Shown: positions 37,279 through 47,840 of the stretch, one piece after another
How positions within the stretch are numbered: position 1 is the first letter of the stretch
How the letters are laid out: every line of letters begins with the position of its first letter
Source of the DNA: a virus
Reading direction: 5' to 3' (one strand)
Length of the DNA stretch: 64,000 nt
Virus genome (UHGV): UHGV-1882326
Notes under the pieces: model-generated
The model's input: the letters and a program-made list of their open reading frames with translations, nothing else
What the model was told of the DNA's origin: nothing
Databases searched by the model: none
Position numbers and translations under genes: made by a program

Positions 37279-37827
37279 TTACTGAACTCTCTCTAAAATC
37301 CAAGCAGGTTCACTATCAGCACCAATAGCAATAGGCATAGACTTACGGATAGCAAATCTTAAACCTGCATAAGCACTTGTAGCTTCTGTAAGAGCCTTCC
37401 AACCGGTACCTGCGGTATATTCTACATACTTAGCTGTAGCACCAATAGTAGCAGGGTCTTGTGCATTTGCAAAGAACGGAGTGGTAAGCTGTACGCAATC
37501 ACCAATCTGTACGGAAATTACATCAAAATCTGTGTTCTTAACATTGGTGTAATTTCTTGGGTCAACACCAATACCTTTGTACAATAAAGTACCATCTGGC
37601 AGAACATTAACTTCTGGGGCGCAAGCCATCCAATACTGAGCATGTTTACCTGCGTCACCTAAAGGAGTAGCTGTCCATACAAATCCCTTACCTGCTATTT
37701 CAGTGAAACCAGTTTCAAGAGTAACTACAGTACCATTCATAACATCAGTATCACAAATAGCAGAACGATTATAAGCGTCTACGTTATCAGCCGCAACTCT
37801 GGATAAAACTAAAACTGTATTAGCCAT
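37279..37827 (-). CDS. Head protein (decoration/auxiliary), hypothetical
   Basis: 182 aa, between the protease/scaffold and capsid genes. Confidence 0.4.
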   Translation of the reverse strand: MANTVLVLSRVAADNVDAYNRSAICDTDVMNGTVVTLETGFTEIAGKGFVWTATPLGDAGKHAQYWMACAPEVNVLPDGTLLYKGIGVDPRNYTNVKNTDFDVISVQIGDCVQLTTPFFANAQDPATIGATAKYVEYTAGTGWKALTEATSAYAGLRFAIRKSMPIAIGADSEPAWILERVQ

Positions 37828-37860
37828 ATTTTTATTACCTCACTTTTCTTATTATTTTTA

Positions 37861-39594
37861 TTAATCAGCCCATAAGCCAGTATTCTTAGAACCTTCAACA
37901 GGTGCGCCCATACGCCATAATCCCTGTCTTTGTTTATTAGACTTTTTACTTGCTTCAAAAGCTACACTCTTAACCTTATTCTTCCAACCGTCTAATTCAG
38001 ACATTTTGCAAAGTTTTCCTTCACTTTCAAACTTTTCAAAATCATCTTTCTCAACGAAATTCTTAACTTCTTCAAGAGTTTTTGCAACTTCCATTTCAAT
38101 AGACTTTTTCTCAGTGTCCTCTTTAAATTTTTTCAACTCACCAAGTTCTGTATCTTTTTGCATGATAATATTATCTCTTTCCTCTAAATCTTTAGCAAGT
38201 TTTTCATTCTTTCTCGCTTCTTCTTCTAACATTTCACAATAAGCAGAAGCATCCACATTAGCATCGGTAGAAAGTTTCTTAATGAAATCTACACAGTCAG
38301 ACATAGTAATTGCTTTATCATCTTTCTTGTTTTTATCATCTGTTTTTTCTTCCATTTTCTGAACTTTATCTTTTTTTACAGTGTTCCACTTAATATCAGC
38401 AGAAACCTTTTTATCGTCTTTACTAACTTTAACATCAGCTTCAACACGATACCTTTCATCACCTTTGGTATAAATAATATGGTCTTTTTCTACGGAATCA
38501 ACATAGACATCTTTACCCTCATGGTCTTGAACCTTAGCAATAATATCACCCCATGCTTTTCTTCCTTCAATTTCAAATTTCTGTTCTTGCATAGTTTTAC
38601 TTTCCTTTCCTTTACTCTCTTTATTATCGTCATTATCTTCAATATCAAGACTTTTATAAATCTTTTCAATTTTAGACACAACATCAGTTTCATTTTCAGC
38701 TTTAGCATAACCTAAAGCAGAACTTAAACCATTACGATTATATACTAAAGTATCACCTTTAAACTGCATAACTGGATATTTCAGTTTATCAGATGGTGCG
38801 TCTTTCCAACCATTTTCTACTTTCATGTATACATCTTTAACGAGAGTATCAGCATTAGAAGCGTCAACAATTTTCTTATAAAGTTCAGTCTTATCCACAT
38901 TACCCCATGGTGTATCTACCATAGAATCCTTAGATTTATCTACTTTATATGTTTTCTTTTCCATGTTTACCCTCCTTTCTTTTACGAATTTCTTTAATTC
39001 AGATAAACTATTACTTTTGCAATTTTCGTAAAATTTATTAGCTTTTTCTTCAAACTTTACCAATTTTGCATTTGCTCCGGGACTACTTGGATTTATCCTT
39101 TTGCCCAGAACAGTTAAACCTACGATACAAAAATTGGAAATCAAATTATTATCAACTTCACCGTTTTCCAATTCTGTGCCTACGGTCAACATTTCCACTG
39201 ATACGCTTCTGCGATTATCGTTATATTTAAACATATTATACACATCTTCTGCATAAATCTTAGAAATAACAAAATCACATATTGCTAAAAGATAGCCGTC
39301 TTTATCATATTCAAAGCGAATATCTTGATTTTCAGGAATCCTTCCAGATATGCACTCGTCAACCGTATGACCTTCACCATCTTTTGTATAAGGATTTACC
39401 TTACACACAAGCCATTTACCCTTTATTGTATCAGCACAATTTCTTAATACTTCTTCTGAAATAACTAGCCCATGGGTATTAGGTCTTGTACTCAAAAAAA
39501 GTGTAGTTCCATAGGCAAATTCTGGGTCATCATCATCAACAAATTTTTCAATAACATCTACTGAAAAATTTCGTTTAATCTGTTTTATTTCCAA
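37861..39594 (-). CDS. Prohead protease / scaffolding fusion (putative)
   Basis: 577 aa. The N-terminal ~200 aa are globular and the C-terminal part is K/E/D-rich coiled coil, which is typical of a scaffold. Confidence 0.45.
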   Translation of the reverse strand: MEIKQIKRNFSVDVIEKFVDDDDPEFAYGTTLFLSTRPNTHGLVISEEVLRNCADTIKGKWLVCKVNPYTKDGEGHTVDECISGRIPENQDIRFEYDKDGYLLAICDFVISKIYAEDVYNMFKYNDNRRSVSVEMLTVGTELENGEVDNNLISNFCIVGLTVLGKRINPSSPGANAKLVKFEEKANKFYENCKSNSLSELKKFVKERRVNMEKKTYKVDKSKDSMVDTPWGNVDKTELYKKIVDASNADTLVKDVYMKVENGWKDAPSDKLKYPVMQFKGDTLVYNRNGLSSALGYAKAENETDVVSKIEKIYKSLDIEDNDDNKESKGKESKTMQEQKFEIEGRKAWGDIIAKVQDHEGKDVYVDSVEKDHIIYTKGDERYRVEADVKVSKDDKKVSADIKWNTVKKDKVQKMEEKTDDKNKKDDKAITMSDCVDFIKKLSTDANVDASAYCEMLEEEARKNEKLAKDLEERDNIIMQKDTELGELKKFKEDTEKKSIEMEVAKTLEEVKNFVEKDDFEKFESEGKLCKMSELDGWKNKVKSVAFEASKKSNKQRQGLWRMGAPVEGSKNTGLWAD

Positions 39595-39826
39595 TGAACT
39601 CCACTCTCCTTTCTTTTAATATTCCATGAGTTTCGCTCAATTTCATATACTTATCTACAAATTTCTTATCAATCTTATAATAAGTTGCTTCTCTATCCAT
39701 ATACATAGGCATAAGACCATTTTCTTGTAACAACAAATTCTCTTGTGAATTGGTTACTCGCCAATAGTCTGTATCATTTAAAGGTGTACTACGAAAAATC
39801 ATAATTTCACCCCTTTGATACCCCAT
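39575..39826 (-). CDS. Hypothetical
   Basis: 83 aa. Confidence 0.35.
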   Translation of the reverse strand: MGYQRGEIMIFRSTPLNDTDYWRVTNSQENLLLQENGLMPMYMDREATYYKIDKKFVDKYMKLSETHGILKERRVEFIGNKTD

Positions 39827-40305
39827 TTGCTAATATTAAAATCGAACTTATCAAAATCTGTAGGCATTTGTTGTGCTTTATCATTTAATGTATTTACTTG
39901 TCCCATAATGATATTGTATTTTCTAAATAACCTATACATATCAGAAGTTACGTTTCTATCCCTATGAGCAATAGCAATGTCTACTACTTTATTCATAATT
40001 TCATAAACTTCGCTAAACTCTTTTAAGACCGTAGAAAACATATCAGATAAATTAGAATAATTTCTATCATCTTTATGGACTTCTGGGCGAATAGAAGATA
40101 AATTATAATTATCTTTAATTTCACTCACAACATCTGCAAGTAAAGGCATAGTATGACTTATGTTAAGATGTACAATTTCTCCTGCGTTTGGCATAGAAAA
40201 ATCGTTTAGCATAACAGAAGCTACTCTATCCAAAGTTGCGTTCAAATCAAAAAACGCTCCATACAGCACGTCTAACGCTTCACTTGTTTCTTCATGTATC
40301 AACAA
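39799..40305 (-). CDS. Hypothetical head protein
   Basis: 168 aa with a TTG start after AGAGGTGA. Hairpin motif copy B lies in its leader. Confidence 0.4.
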   Translation of the reverse strand: MLIHEETSEALDVLYGAFFDLNATLDRVASVMLNDFSMPNAGEIVHLNISHTMPLLADVVSEIKDNYNLSSIRPEVHKDDRNYSNLSDMFSTVLKEFSEVYEIMNKVVDIAIAHRDRNVTSDMYRLFRKYNIIMGQVNTLNDKAQQMPTDFDKFDFNISKWGIKGVKL

Positions 40306-40349
40306 ATCAACTCACCTCTTTCAACCAGTGTTACTCACTGTTACTAATC

Positions 40350-40395
40350 AGTACCTAGTCAACTACCCACAAGCTAAAGCTAATGGGATTCCTTG
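40350..40395 (-). repeat. Hairpin motif copy B (CCCATTAGCTTTAGCTTGTGGG, transcript sense)
   Basis: The plus strand reads cccacaagctaaagctaatggg. The copy is followed by the same GGGTAGTTgac box as copy A. Confidence 0.5.
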
Positions 40396-40402
40396 CTCTT
40401 TT

Positions 40403-41389
40403 TCATTGATTTCGTGACCGCTCCGCAGAATCAGAAATGGCTTCTTCACTTTGAGGTCTACCAACTTGTCCACTACCCCCACTCATGGTATGAATAGACA
40501 AAAGTTGTGATAAATTGTCTAAGAAATCACTATTATGTGCTTCTTCCAACATTCTCTCAAAATCCATAGGTTTATATCCAAAAGCAGAAGCATAAGCACT
40601 TGAATTAAGCACCATACCCACATCTGCTAATTTCATAATAGCATCTTGCTTCTTTTTACGCCAAAATGGTTGTGTACATCCATCAAACGTAAACTTAAAC
40701 TTAAATTGTTTAGTTTTCTGATTAGCATAGAACTCTAAGAAATTGTTAAATTGAGTATATAATTTAGCTACAATCTCATAATCAGCAGTAATAGCCGCTT
40801 GAAGTTCTTCGTTTGACATTCTATCCGTAGCGTAAATTAAACGGCTTGCAGAACTACCATATCCCACTGTATCTTTAGCGGCAGTAGTAGCCATATCCGT
40901 ATTTTTATCCTCAAACTGTTTAAATTCAACTTCTTCAAGAGGTAAGGCAATAGAACGAACAATTTTATCTTGTGTCATAGAGTTTTTCAATCCACTAGCA
41001 ACAAGTTTCATTAATCGTCCTAATGTACTTGGTTTGACTGCAAATCTATCAGCAACCTCACCAGATTTTGCAGAATCTTGCATTTTCATCTCACCGTAAA
41101 GTATACCAAAAGCACTGGCAATATCTTTATTTTTTTGTAACTTTGCAATCTCTGTGTTATTGAAAACATTCTTTAAATACGGAGCCATAAAAGGAACACT
41201 TGCAAAATTACTTGTGTCAAACTTGAAAGCCCAGAAACCATCATTAGGACTTGTCTGGTGATAAAGAGTAAAAGTGCCGTCACGATTACTTAAACCATTT
41301 GACGGAATATAATCTTTAAAATCTTTACCATCCCATACTTCTCTAAGGTATTTCTTAAACACAGGAGCATAACACTGAACCTCACATAA
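40403..41389 (-). CDS. Portal protein, 3' exon (downstream of the IStron)
   Basis: The frame is open from 41389 and stays in frame with exon 1 if the intron ends at the G at 41390. The track ORF starts at a GTG at 41362. Confidence 0.5.
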   Translation of the reverse strand, partial: LCEVQCYAPVFKKYLREVWDGKDFKDYIPSNGLSNRDGTFTLYHQTSPNDGFWAFKFDTSNFASVPFMAPYLKNVFNNTEIAKLQKNKDIASAFGILYGEMKMQDSAKSGEVADRFAVKPSTLGRLMKLVASGLKNSMTQDKIVRSIALPLEEVEFKQFEDKNTDMATTAAKDTVGYGSSASRLIYATDRMSNEELQAAITADYEIVAKLYTQFNNFLEFYANQKTKQFKFKFTFDGCTQPFWRKKKQDAIMKLADVGMVLNSSAYASAFGYKPMDFERMLEEAHNSDFLDNLSQLLSIHTMSGGSGQVGRPQSEEAISDSAERSRNQ

Positions 41390-41478
41390 CTAAAATTACG
41401 TAATTCTTGGGAACTTCCAACTATTGTCAGAATATTTGCCAAGCTAACCCCGTAGTTCCTACGGTTTTTATATATTAT

Positions 41479-42603
41479 TTAAACACTTAAAATTCTCAAT
41501 CCTTCATTCAAAATATTAATAGAAGCATTATTATCTCTATCTAATTTTGAACCACAGTTAGAACAAATCCAGTATCTAATCTCAACAGACTTTTTACCAC
41601 CATTAACACCACAACAATGACAAATTTGAGAAGAAGGAAAATATCTATCAATTACAGATAATATCTTTCCATACCATGTAGATTTATAAGTCAACATTCT
41701 ACGAAATTCAGACCAAGAAACATCATTCACATGTTTATTACGAACATTTGAGTCTGTACTTTTCATAGATTGAACATCTAAATCTTCAATACAAATAATA
41801 TCATATTGTTTTACAAGATTAGTAGTCAATTTCTGTAAAAAGTCTTTACGTTGATTAGATATATGTTTTTGTAAATTTGCAACTTTAATTCTTGCTTTAT
41901 TCCAATTAGAACCACCGATTGTTTTTCTCAATAACTCTCTTTGTAATTTAGCAAGTTTCTTTTCTGATTTTTCATAAAATCTAGGATTTTTAATCTTAAC
42001 ACCGTTAGATAAAATTGCAAAATCTACAATTCCTAAATCTATCCCAACATTTTTATTTGTTTTTGGATATTGTGGAAATTCTATATCAGCGCAACATAAT
42101 GAACAATAATAATGTCCGTTAGGTTCTTGTGATATAGTAGCATTAAGTATTCTTCCTTGCGGAATTTGTTTATCGCGAATTTTTACACAACCTAATTTTG
42201 GAAGTTTAATATGTTTATTTTCAAATCTTATATTACCACCAGCTGTAGTTTTCATATAACTTGTAGTATAAGATTGATATCTATTTTTCTTAGACTTAAA
42301 TTTTGGATACCCAGTATGCTCTTTAAAGAATTTTTGATAAGCATTATCTAAATTTTTTAATGAATTTTGTAAAGAACATTTATCTGGTTCTTTAAGCCAT
42401 TCATTTTCTTTCTTTAATTGAGTAAGCATTTTACTTGTGTCATAAAAGCTTAAACTCTTTTTATTTTCTTTATACTCAGTTATCTTTTTATCTAAAAAAT
42501 AATTATAAACATATCTACAACAACCAAAAGTTTTTTGTATTAATTCTTGTTGTTTTTTATTCGGATAAATTCTATACTTAAAAGCTTTTTCCAACAATAT
42601 CAC
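41479..42603 (-). CDS. tnpB: TnpB (IS605 OrfB family RNA-guided nuclease-like transposon protein)
   Basis: It has the YRIYPNKKQ N-terminus, RuvC-like D/E/D motifs and a C-terminal CxxC...CxxC zinc finger. The likely start is the TTG at 42597, which follows AGGAAG. Confidence 0.85.
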   Translation of the reverse strand: MILLEKAFKYRIYPNKKQQELIQKTFGCCRYVYNYFLDKKITEYKENKKSLSFYDTSKMLTQLKKENEWLKEPDKCSLQNSLKNLDNAYQKFFKEHTGYPKFKSKKNRYQSYTTSYMKTTAGGNIRFENKHIKLPKLGCVKIRDKQIPQGRILNATISQEPNGHYYCSLCCADIEFPQYPKTNKNVGIDLGIVDFAILSNGVKIKNPRFYEKSEKKLAKLQRELLRKTIGGSNWNKARIKVANLQKHISNQRKDFLQKLTTNLVKQYDIICIEDLDVQSMKSTDSNVRNKHVNDVSWSEFRRMLTYKSTWYGKILSVIDRYFPSSQICHCCGVNGGKKSVEIRYWICSNCGSKLDRDNNASINILNEGLRILSV

Positions 42604-43171
42604 TTCCTTTCATAAATTAACTTATAACATAAACCTATATAAATGTCAAGTTAAATTATGAAAAGAATTATTTTAGTTTAAATAACATATAAAAACCGTA
42701 AGTTACTTTAGTTATATTTGGAGGTTGTCGTTCACATAGGCTCGCTAGTTCCTATGCAGTTCTCTAATGAACTTCTTGTACTTTCATACAAGCACAGACT
42801 ATATCTTATCCCTCACCATTATGTGTTAGGGCCTACCCACTTCCACACGCTTGTGTGTACTTCCCTCAAGAGGAATAGTCGTTGAAGTTTTCCTTTCGGA
42901 CTTACCTGCTAATTGCCTATTTTTCAGTGTTTAGGATTTAACCATGCACCATTCATTCAATTTTTTCTACTTTCGTCACATTCACGCTTATACCATTTAA
43001 GCACATTTTTGTGTTGTTTAAGGTATTACGTTGTAGTTTGAATGACTTTAAGGTTTCCTAGCAATTCAAGTAGTATTGGATGCCAAAAGCATCTCTACGT
43101 GCAAGTTTCCCTACACGCTGACTATTTCGTAAAACACTTACTTATTCATACGAATATGTATTCACGATTTA
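42604..43171 (-). ncRNA. Group I intron ribozyme portion of the IStron
   Basis: On the minus strand an R-like element lies at 42887-42874 (ttcaacgactat) and an S-like element at 42810-42796 (gataagatatagtct). They form the P7 pairing GACTA/TAGTC, with P8 and P9 hairpins between and after them. Confidence 0.55.
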
Positions 43172-43813
43172 ATCAATGTCCACTCCTTGCATACCAATGA
43201 AGTACATCATGTCGAAGTCGAATAATAAACCACTTTCAAAATACCCAGTTAAAATACATCTATCTTGTGGTAATGTTTGCAGAGCATATTTAGGATTATT
43301 TCTATCCATGTTTGTTCTGAAACTTGTATAATGTACTTCATGCCTTAAAAGCTGTTTTACAACTTTTTTAAATTCTCCTTTGTAATCAAAATTATCAAGA
43401 AATTTATAAATTCTTGCTTTATCTGCTTTATAATTATCAGACTTATAATCTTCTTTCTTAGCGTTCTTACAAGTAATCTGCAAATCAAAAGAAAGGAGAT
43501 TTGTGTAGTATTCAATAGTTCTGTTATAAATCATATCGAATACTTCCATAAACTCACTATAAGCCTGTAAATTTGTAGCACCAGTTTTATACTCACTTAA
43601 AGCCTTTATAATATCGTCATATTTTGGAATTTTAGCATTATTGTTAAGATTAACCAGATTTTGATTACTTAACCATGGACTATATACTCCAAAACTATCC
43701 AATCCATATAAACTCTGAGCAAAACTTACTACATCATAAACCTGTTGTTCTGATAACATAACAGGTTCTTCTACTTTAGGAGTTAATCTTTGACTATTTT
43801 TCGTAGTTCTCAT
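43172..43813 (-). CDS. Portal protein, 5' exon
   Basis: It lies immediately downstream of TerL. The 214-aa ORF stops at a TAA that is the first intron triplet. Confidence 0.5.
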
Positions 43814-43884
43814 CTCCTTTCTTCAAATATTTTTTATTTAAAGGCAGTCAAATCATAGCAGTTGATAAGACCGCCTATATACAC

Positions 43885-45765
43885 TTAGAACACAAGTTGG
43901 TCTAACTCATCTAAATTGGTATCTCTTTGTTCATCTACAGCATACTTATCGCCTATTAAGGTTGCAATATGGTTTCCGTAACTCAAAGCTACAATTTTAT
44001 CCTTTGTCGCACTATTTCTGTTAGGTTCTGATAATTTCAAAATACCGTTATTCCATGTTTGAGTTAAACTAATAGCTTCTGACATCATTAATGCAGTTTG
44101 AACATATGGCAACTTAATATTAACTTTTTCCTCAGAACTCATAGTAAGATAATTTACATCTTCTTCAAGTTCTGTTTCAATCGTTAATTCATCCACCAAA
44201 AATTCAATCATTTCATTGTCTAGGGCTTTCTTTAAATCAAGCCACATTAAACTATTTCGTTCACTTGTACCAACAATAGGTATAATACATGGTATAGCTT
44301 CTGCATCAACTGTTTTGCCTTTAAGTTCTTGAATTTTAGCATCTGGAACTATCTGTAAAGCAGATTCATAACAAACTGTAAATCCATGTGGATTCCAATT
44401 ACTTCGTGATGGGTGTTCAAAGGGTTTAGATAACTCTGTATAATAAAGAGTACCACCGCTTCTTTCGTCCATTACGATATAATCTGCTTGGTAATCCCAA
44501 AAGAACTCTCTAATCTTTTGTTGAAATCCCTCACTATCACTAGCAGGGTGCGTTCCAATATATTCTACTTTTCGTCTTGTCTTACCATCTTTCATAATGA
44601 CAGACATACAACCAATAACACTATTATCGTTATCGTTTGTATTGCTGTTTACAAAAGCATAATCAATGAAAAGTAAACGTTTTTCAAATTCACCTTTAGG
44701 TCTGTTACCTAAATCAGTTGACATAAATATATCCATAGGCGTAGGTGGTTTATAGGCTTTTTTTATCACTTGATTCTTTCTGAAATCTTCAAGTAAGAAG
44801 AAAGCACCCTCTGTTTCACCATACATTTCATTCAAATCTTCTGTTACAAAGTCAATATCTGAATCAAATTCTTTATCATGCCAGTAATCAGCCCATGTTT
44901 TAAGGTTAAATAAAATTGCAAGGAAAATATTAGATGCAAAGAAATTATATGTATGTTTCGTTTGTGTCATACACTTTTGAACTACAAGTTTAAATTCTTT
45001 CCAAAACCATTCATGTTTAAATCTAGCAGATGTAATATATGCTGTTTTACACTGTTCAATCCAACGTGGTAATGTTTTTCCGTCTTTATCCTTGTATTCG
45101 TCACGTAAGGTATAAGCCGCTTGTCTTGGATGCGCCATTTTAGAAAATACAGAATCAAGTATTGTCTTTTTAAGTAATCGACACTCTTCATATATAAGAA
45201 AAGTACTTCTCTCTCCCCTACTTGATTCCAAACAAGGCAATACAGTTATCATACTTCCGTTAATCTTTTTCAAGTCTACTTCTATAGCATCATTATTATA
45301 ACGAAAGACAATATCTCCGTTATCATAATAATATTTTAAAACAGATGAAAGTTTTTTACATAATTCATCTTCCATTTTCTTTTTAACCATCTTAGTAGCT
45401 TGGGGAATTGTGGAAGAAGTAATAACAACTTCGGCATATGGAAATAATAATGCGTGAACCATTCCTGCAAGAGCAATAATAAATGATTTACTTCCACCTC
45501 TGCTGCAAATTCCATACCATACTTGTGATATTCCAACTAAATACAACATAACATGCTGAAACGGATAAAGTTTTATCTTTAATCTTCTTTCAGCATATAT
45601 ATTCCAATTACGTCTATAGAATGTTGTCCATTCCTTAATATTTTTCTTTCTTTGTTCCCATGGTAATCTTCTGTCAGTTTTTTTCTTTTCTTCTTGTTTC
45701 TTCTTTCTTTTTTCTACAAGGCTAATAATATCTATATCTTTGTTTTCCTCTAACATAGACATCAC
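43885..45765 (-). CDS. terL: Terminase large subunit
   Basis: 626 aa with Walker A GICSRGGSKS and nuclease-domain acidic residues, positioned before the portal. Confidence 0.8.
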   Translation of the reverse strand: MMSMLEENKDIDIISLVEKRKKKQEEKKKTDRRLPWEQRKKNIKEWTTFYRRNWNIYAERRLKIKLYPFQHVMLYLVGISQVWYGICSRGGSKSFIIALAGMVHALLFPYAEVVITSSTIPQATKMVKKKMEDELCKKLSSVLKYYYDNGDIVFRYNNDAIEVDLKKINGSMITVLPCLESSRGERSTFLIYEECRLLKKTILDSVFSKMAHPRQAAYTLRDEYKDKDGKTLPRWIEQCKTAYITSARFKHEWFWKEFKLVVQKCMTQTKHTYNFFASNIFLAILFNLKTWADYWHDKEFDSDIDFVTEDLNEMYGETEGAFFLLEDFRKNQVIKKAYKPPTPMDIFMSTDLGNRPKGEFEKRLLFIDYAFVNSNTNDNDNSVIGCMSVIMKDGKTRRKVEYIGTHPASDSEGFQQKIREFFWDYQADYIVMDERSGGTLYYTELSKPFEHPSRSNWNPHGFTVCYESALQIVPDAKIQELKGKTVDAEAIPCIIPIVGTSERNSLMWLDLKKALDNEMIEFLVDELTIETELEEDVNYLTMSSEEKVNIKLPYVQTALMMSEAISLTQTWNNGILKLSEPNRNSATKDKIVALSYGNHIATLIGDKYAVDEQRDTNLDELDQLVF

Positions 45766-46656
45766 CTAATCTTTCTTTCGTGGAATTAAAGGGTACTCCT
45801 TTGTACCTGCTATCAGATTCTTTACAGCAGAAACCACATACTTAAACCAGTCAGCTTCAATATTGCAGAAATCCTTATATTTTTCCAAATCTTCACATTC
45901 ACAAGGTTCAGTATTCTCTATTTCCCAAATCTGATGTTCAAGCATTTGTTCAGTTAAAGTCTTTTCTTTTTTCTGAGTAAAGTTATCAAGTTTTAAGGTT
46001 TTCATTAATTTTAAAACCATATCTTGTTCTTCTTTACCAGAATTACCCATGTCCACTTCTTTTTTGTATCTTAATTCAGCAATACAAAGTTTACGATACA
46101 AACTCTCTTGTGCAGGTGTCAACTTAATATCATCAGTGTAGAATCCCCATCTATATTCAAGATAGGCATAATCTTCATCTGATTGCTCACCCCAGTCCAG
46201 AATTAAATCTTGTATATTTAATTTACGTTGCGTTTCTTCATCATTGGAAGTCATAGAATTTCTATCTACATCTGTTTGTCCAAAACAATCCCATTTGTCT
46301 GATTTTTTCTTTAAAGCTAAAAAAGTTACATAATACTGTCCCCAGTAGTTATATGTACTAGACAAAGTACCCTCTTCTCTTTCTTTTTCAACTTTTTCCA
46401 TCAAACCATCATATACTTTTTGTATAAACGGTATTCCTATCTCAGCACATGTTGACCATAAAGCTAACTTAATATCTCCGTATTTATTGTAATAGTTTTG
46501 ATAAATCGTTTTACAACAAGTGGTACAATAAGGAACTACTTTATTTGCATGGTTTGGATTGTCAGATTTATAGAATTTCTTAATATCATAAGGTCTGTTG
46601 CAACGAATACAAAACGATTCTGTTATGGGTCTTTCTTTTCTTATAATGGTTGCCAT
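45766..46656 (-). CDS. Putative terminase small subunit / DNA-packaging protein with an N-terminal Cys cluster
   Basis: 296 aa immediately upstream of TerL, abutting it stop-to-start. Confidence 0.4.
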   Translation of the reverse strand: MATIIRKERPITESFCIRCNRPYDIKKFYKSDNPNHANKVVPYCTTCCKTIYQNYYNKYGDIKLALWSTCAEIGIPFIQKVYDGLMEKVEKEREEGTLSSTYNYWGQYYVTFLALKKKSDKWDCFGQTDVDRNSMTSNDEETQRKLNIQDLILDWGEQSDEDYAYLEYRWGFYTDDIKLTPAQESLYRKLCIAELRYKKEVDMGNSGKEEQDMVLKLMKTLKLDNFTQKKEKTLTEQMLEHQIWEIENTEPCECEDLEKYKDFCNIEADWFKYVVSAVKNLIAGTKEYPLIPRKKD

Positions 46657-46694
46657 AACTTTCCCTCGTTTCCATCAAAAAAAGAAAGACAATA

Positions 46695-47213
46695 TTATTT
46701 GCCTTTCTTTTTCTCTACGAACTCGACATAATCTGGTTCAAGCATTTCAGCTAATCTTTTTTGCTTTCTTACTCTTTTTTGCTTTTCTATCATTACTTCT
46801 CTTTGAAATTCTGGTTTTACAGCTTCTTTTACTTTAGCCGCAGACTTATTTTTTACCTTTAATGACGGTTCAAGGTTGTTTAAATATCCTTTGAGATATT
46901 CAGAGGTTTTAAATCTAACCATATACGTCAATGGTATCATAACGTTATTTTTTTGTTTCGTCTGAATATTATATACTCTCTTGATTACACCCCCGCAAGT
47001 GGAAATCTTAAAAGTACCAATATTAGGAATATTGAAATAACCGTTATTTTTTATTTCATCTGCCATAATTTCAATAAAAGTTTTCATACATAACTTAGCC
47101 ATTTCAGTTGTGAAACTTGGTTTAGTTTTTTTAACTGAAATGGCTATCAGTTCTGCAAGTTCGTTAGGGCTTAAAGACTTAACAATAACACCATCTTTAT
47201 TAGGTCTTGCCAT
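46695..47213 (-). CDS. HU/IHF-like DNA-binding protein (divergent, with a K/E-rich C-terminal tail)
   Basis: The sequence GYFNIPNIGTFKI...KRVYNIQTKQKNNVMIPLTYMVRFKTSEYLK matches the HU fold pattern. Confidence 0.5.
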   Translation of the reverse strand: MARPNKDGVIVKSLSPNELAELIAISVKKTKPSFTTEMAKLCMKTFIEIMADEIKNNGYFNIPNIGTFKISTCGGVIKRVYNIQTKQKNNVMIPLTYMVRFKTSEYLKGYLNNLEPSLKVKNKSAAKVKEAVKPEFQREVMIEKQKRVRKQKRLAEMLEPDYVEFVEKKKGK

Positions 47214-47238
47214 AACTTATTACTCCTTTATTTTATGA

Positions 47239-47592
47239 TTACTCTACAAAAGGTGCGTCCTGTGTCTTTTCCTTAACAGTTTCTCTTAACTTCTTAGACA
47301 TCTTAAATACTGGCTTAGTATAATCTGGGGTTGCACTTAACTGTCCAACTTCACCAGTAGCAGGATTGATAATACCAGTTCTTTCTGGTCTGCCCTTAAC
47401 AGTAGTAAAATCAATCTTTCCAAAGCCGTTCATATCAAACTTCTTACCAGAAGCAATGCAAGTAGCGGCAATTTCATAAAACGCAGTCAGAACAGCCTTT
47501 GTGTCCTTCTGAGTAGCCTGTGCCTTATATGCTACCATCTTTACTAACTCTGCGGTGCTAACCTTAGTTACCTTAATTGCTTTCTTTGCCAT
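47239..47592 (-). CDS. hup: HU/IHF-family DNA-binding protein
   Basis: The sequence GFGKIDFTTVKGRPERTGINPATGE...KPVFKMSKKL is a classic HU signature. Confidence 0.7.
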   Translation of the reverse strand: MAKKAIKVTKVSTAELVKMVAYKAQATQKDTKAVLTAFYEIAATCIASGKKFDMNGFGKIDFTTVKGRPERTGIINPATGEVGQLSATPDYTKPVFKMSKKLRETVKEKTQDAPFVE

Positions 47593-47840
47593 AATAAATT
47601 ACCTCATTTCTTTCTTTTTATTCGTTTTATTCATTTTTATTTCTTGAGGGATTTGGTGAGTGCCATATAGGTCACTCCCTTACCCCCCTTTGATTTTTAA
47701 TTTTTGGGTTCTCTCTATCCATTAATAGAAAACGATTTTGCTCTTTCAAAAAGTGATTTAATCTTCAATACTTTTTATATAAAATAATTTTATTTTTGAA
47801 AATGCCTATTTTACACCCTTATTTCACCTTATTGAAAAAA

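Larger units (their letters stand above)
41390..43171 (-). mobile_element. IStron: group I intron fused to an IS200/IS605-family TnpB module, inserted after TTGAT in the portal gene
   Basis: Exon 1 ends ...GACATTGAT followed by taa. A 568-nt structured higher-GC RNA containing group I R-like (TTCAACGACTA) and S-like (AAGATATAGTC) elements is followed by TnpB and a hairpin right end that ends ...aattttag. Confidence 0.6.
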
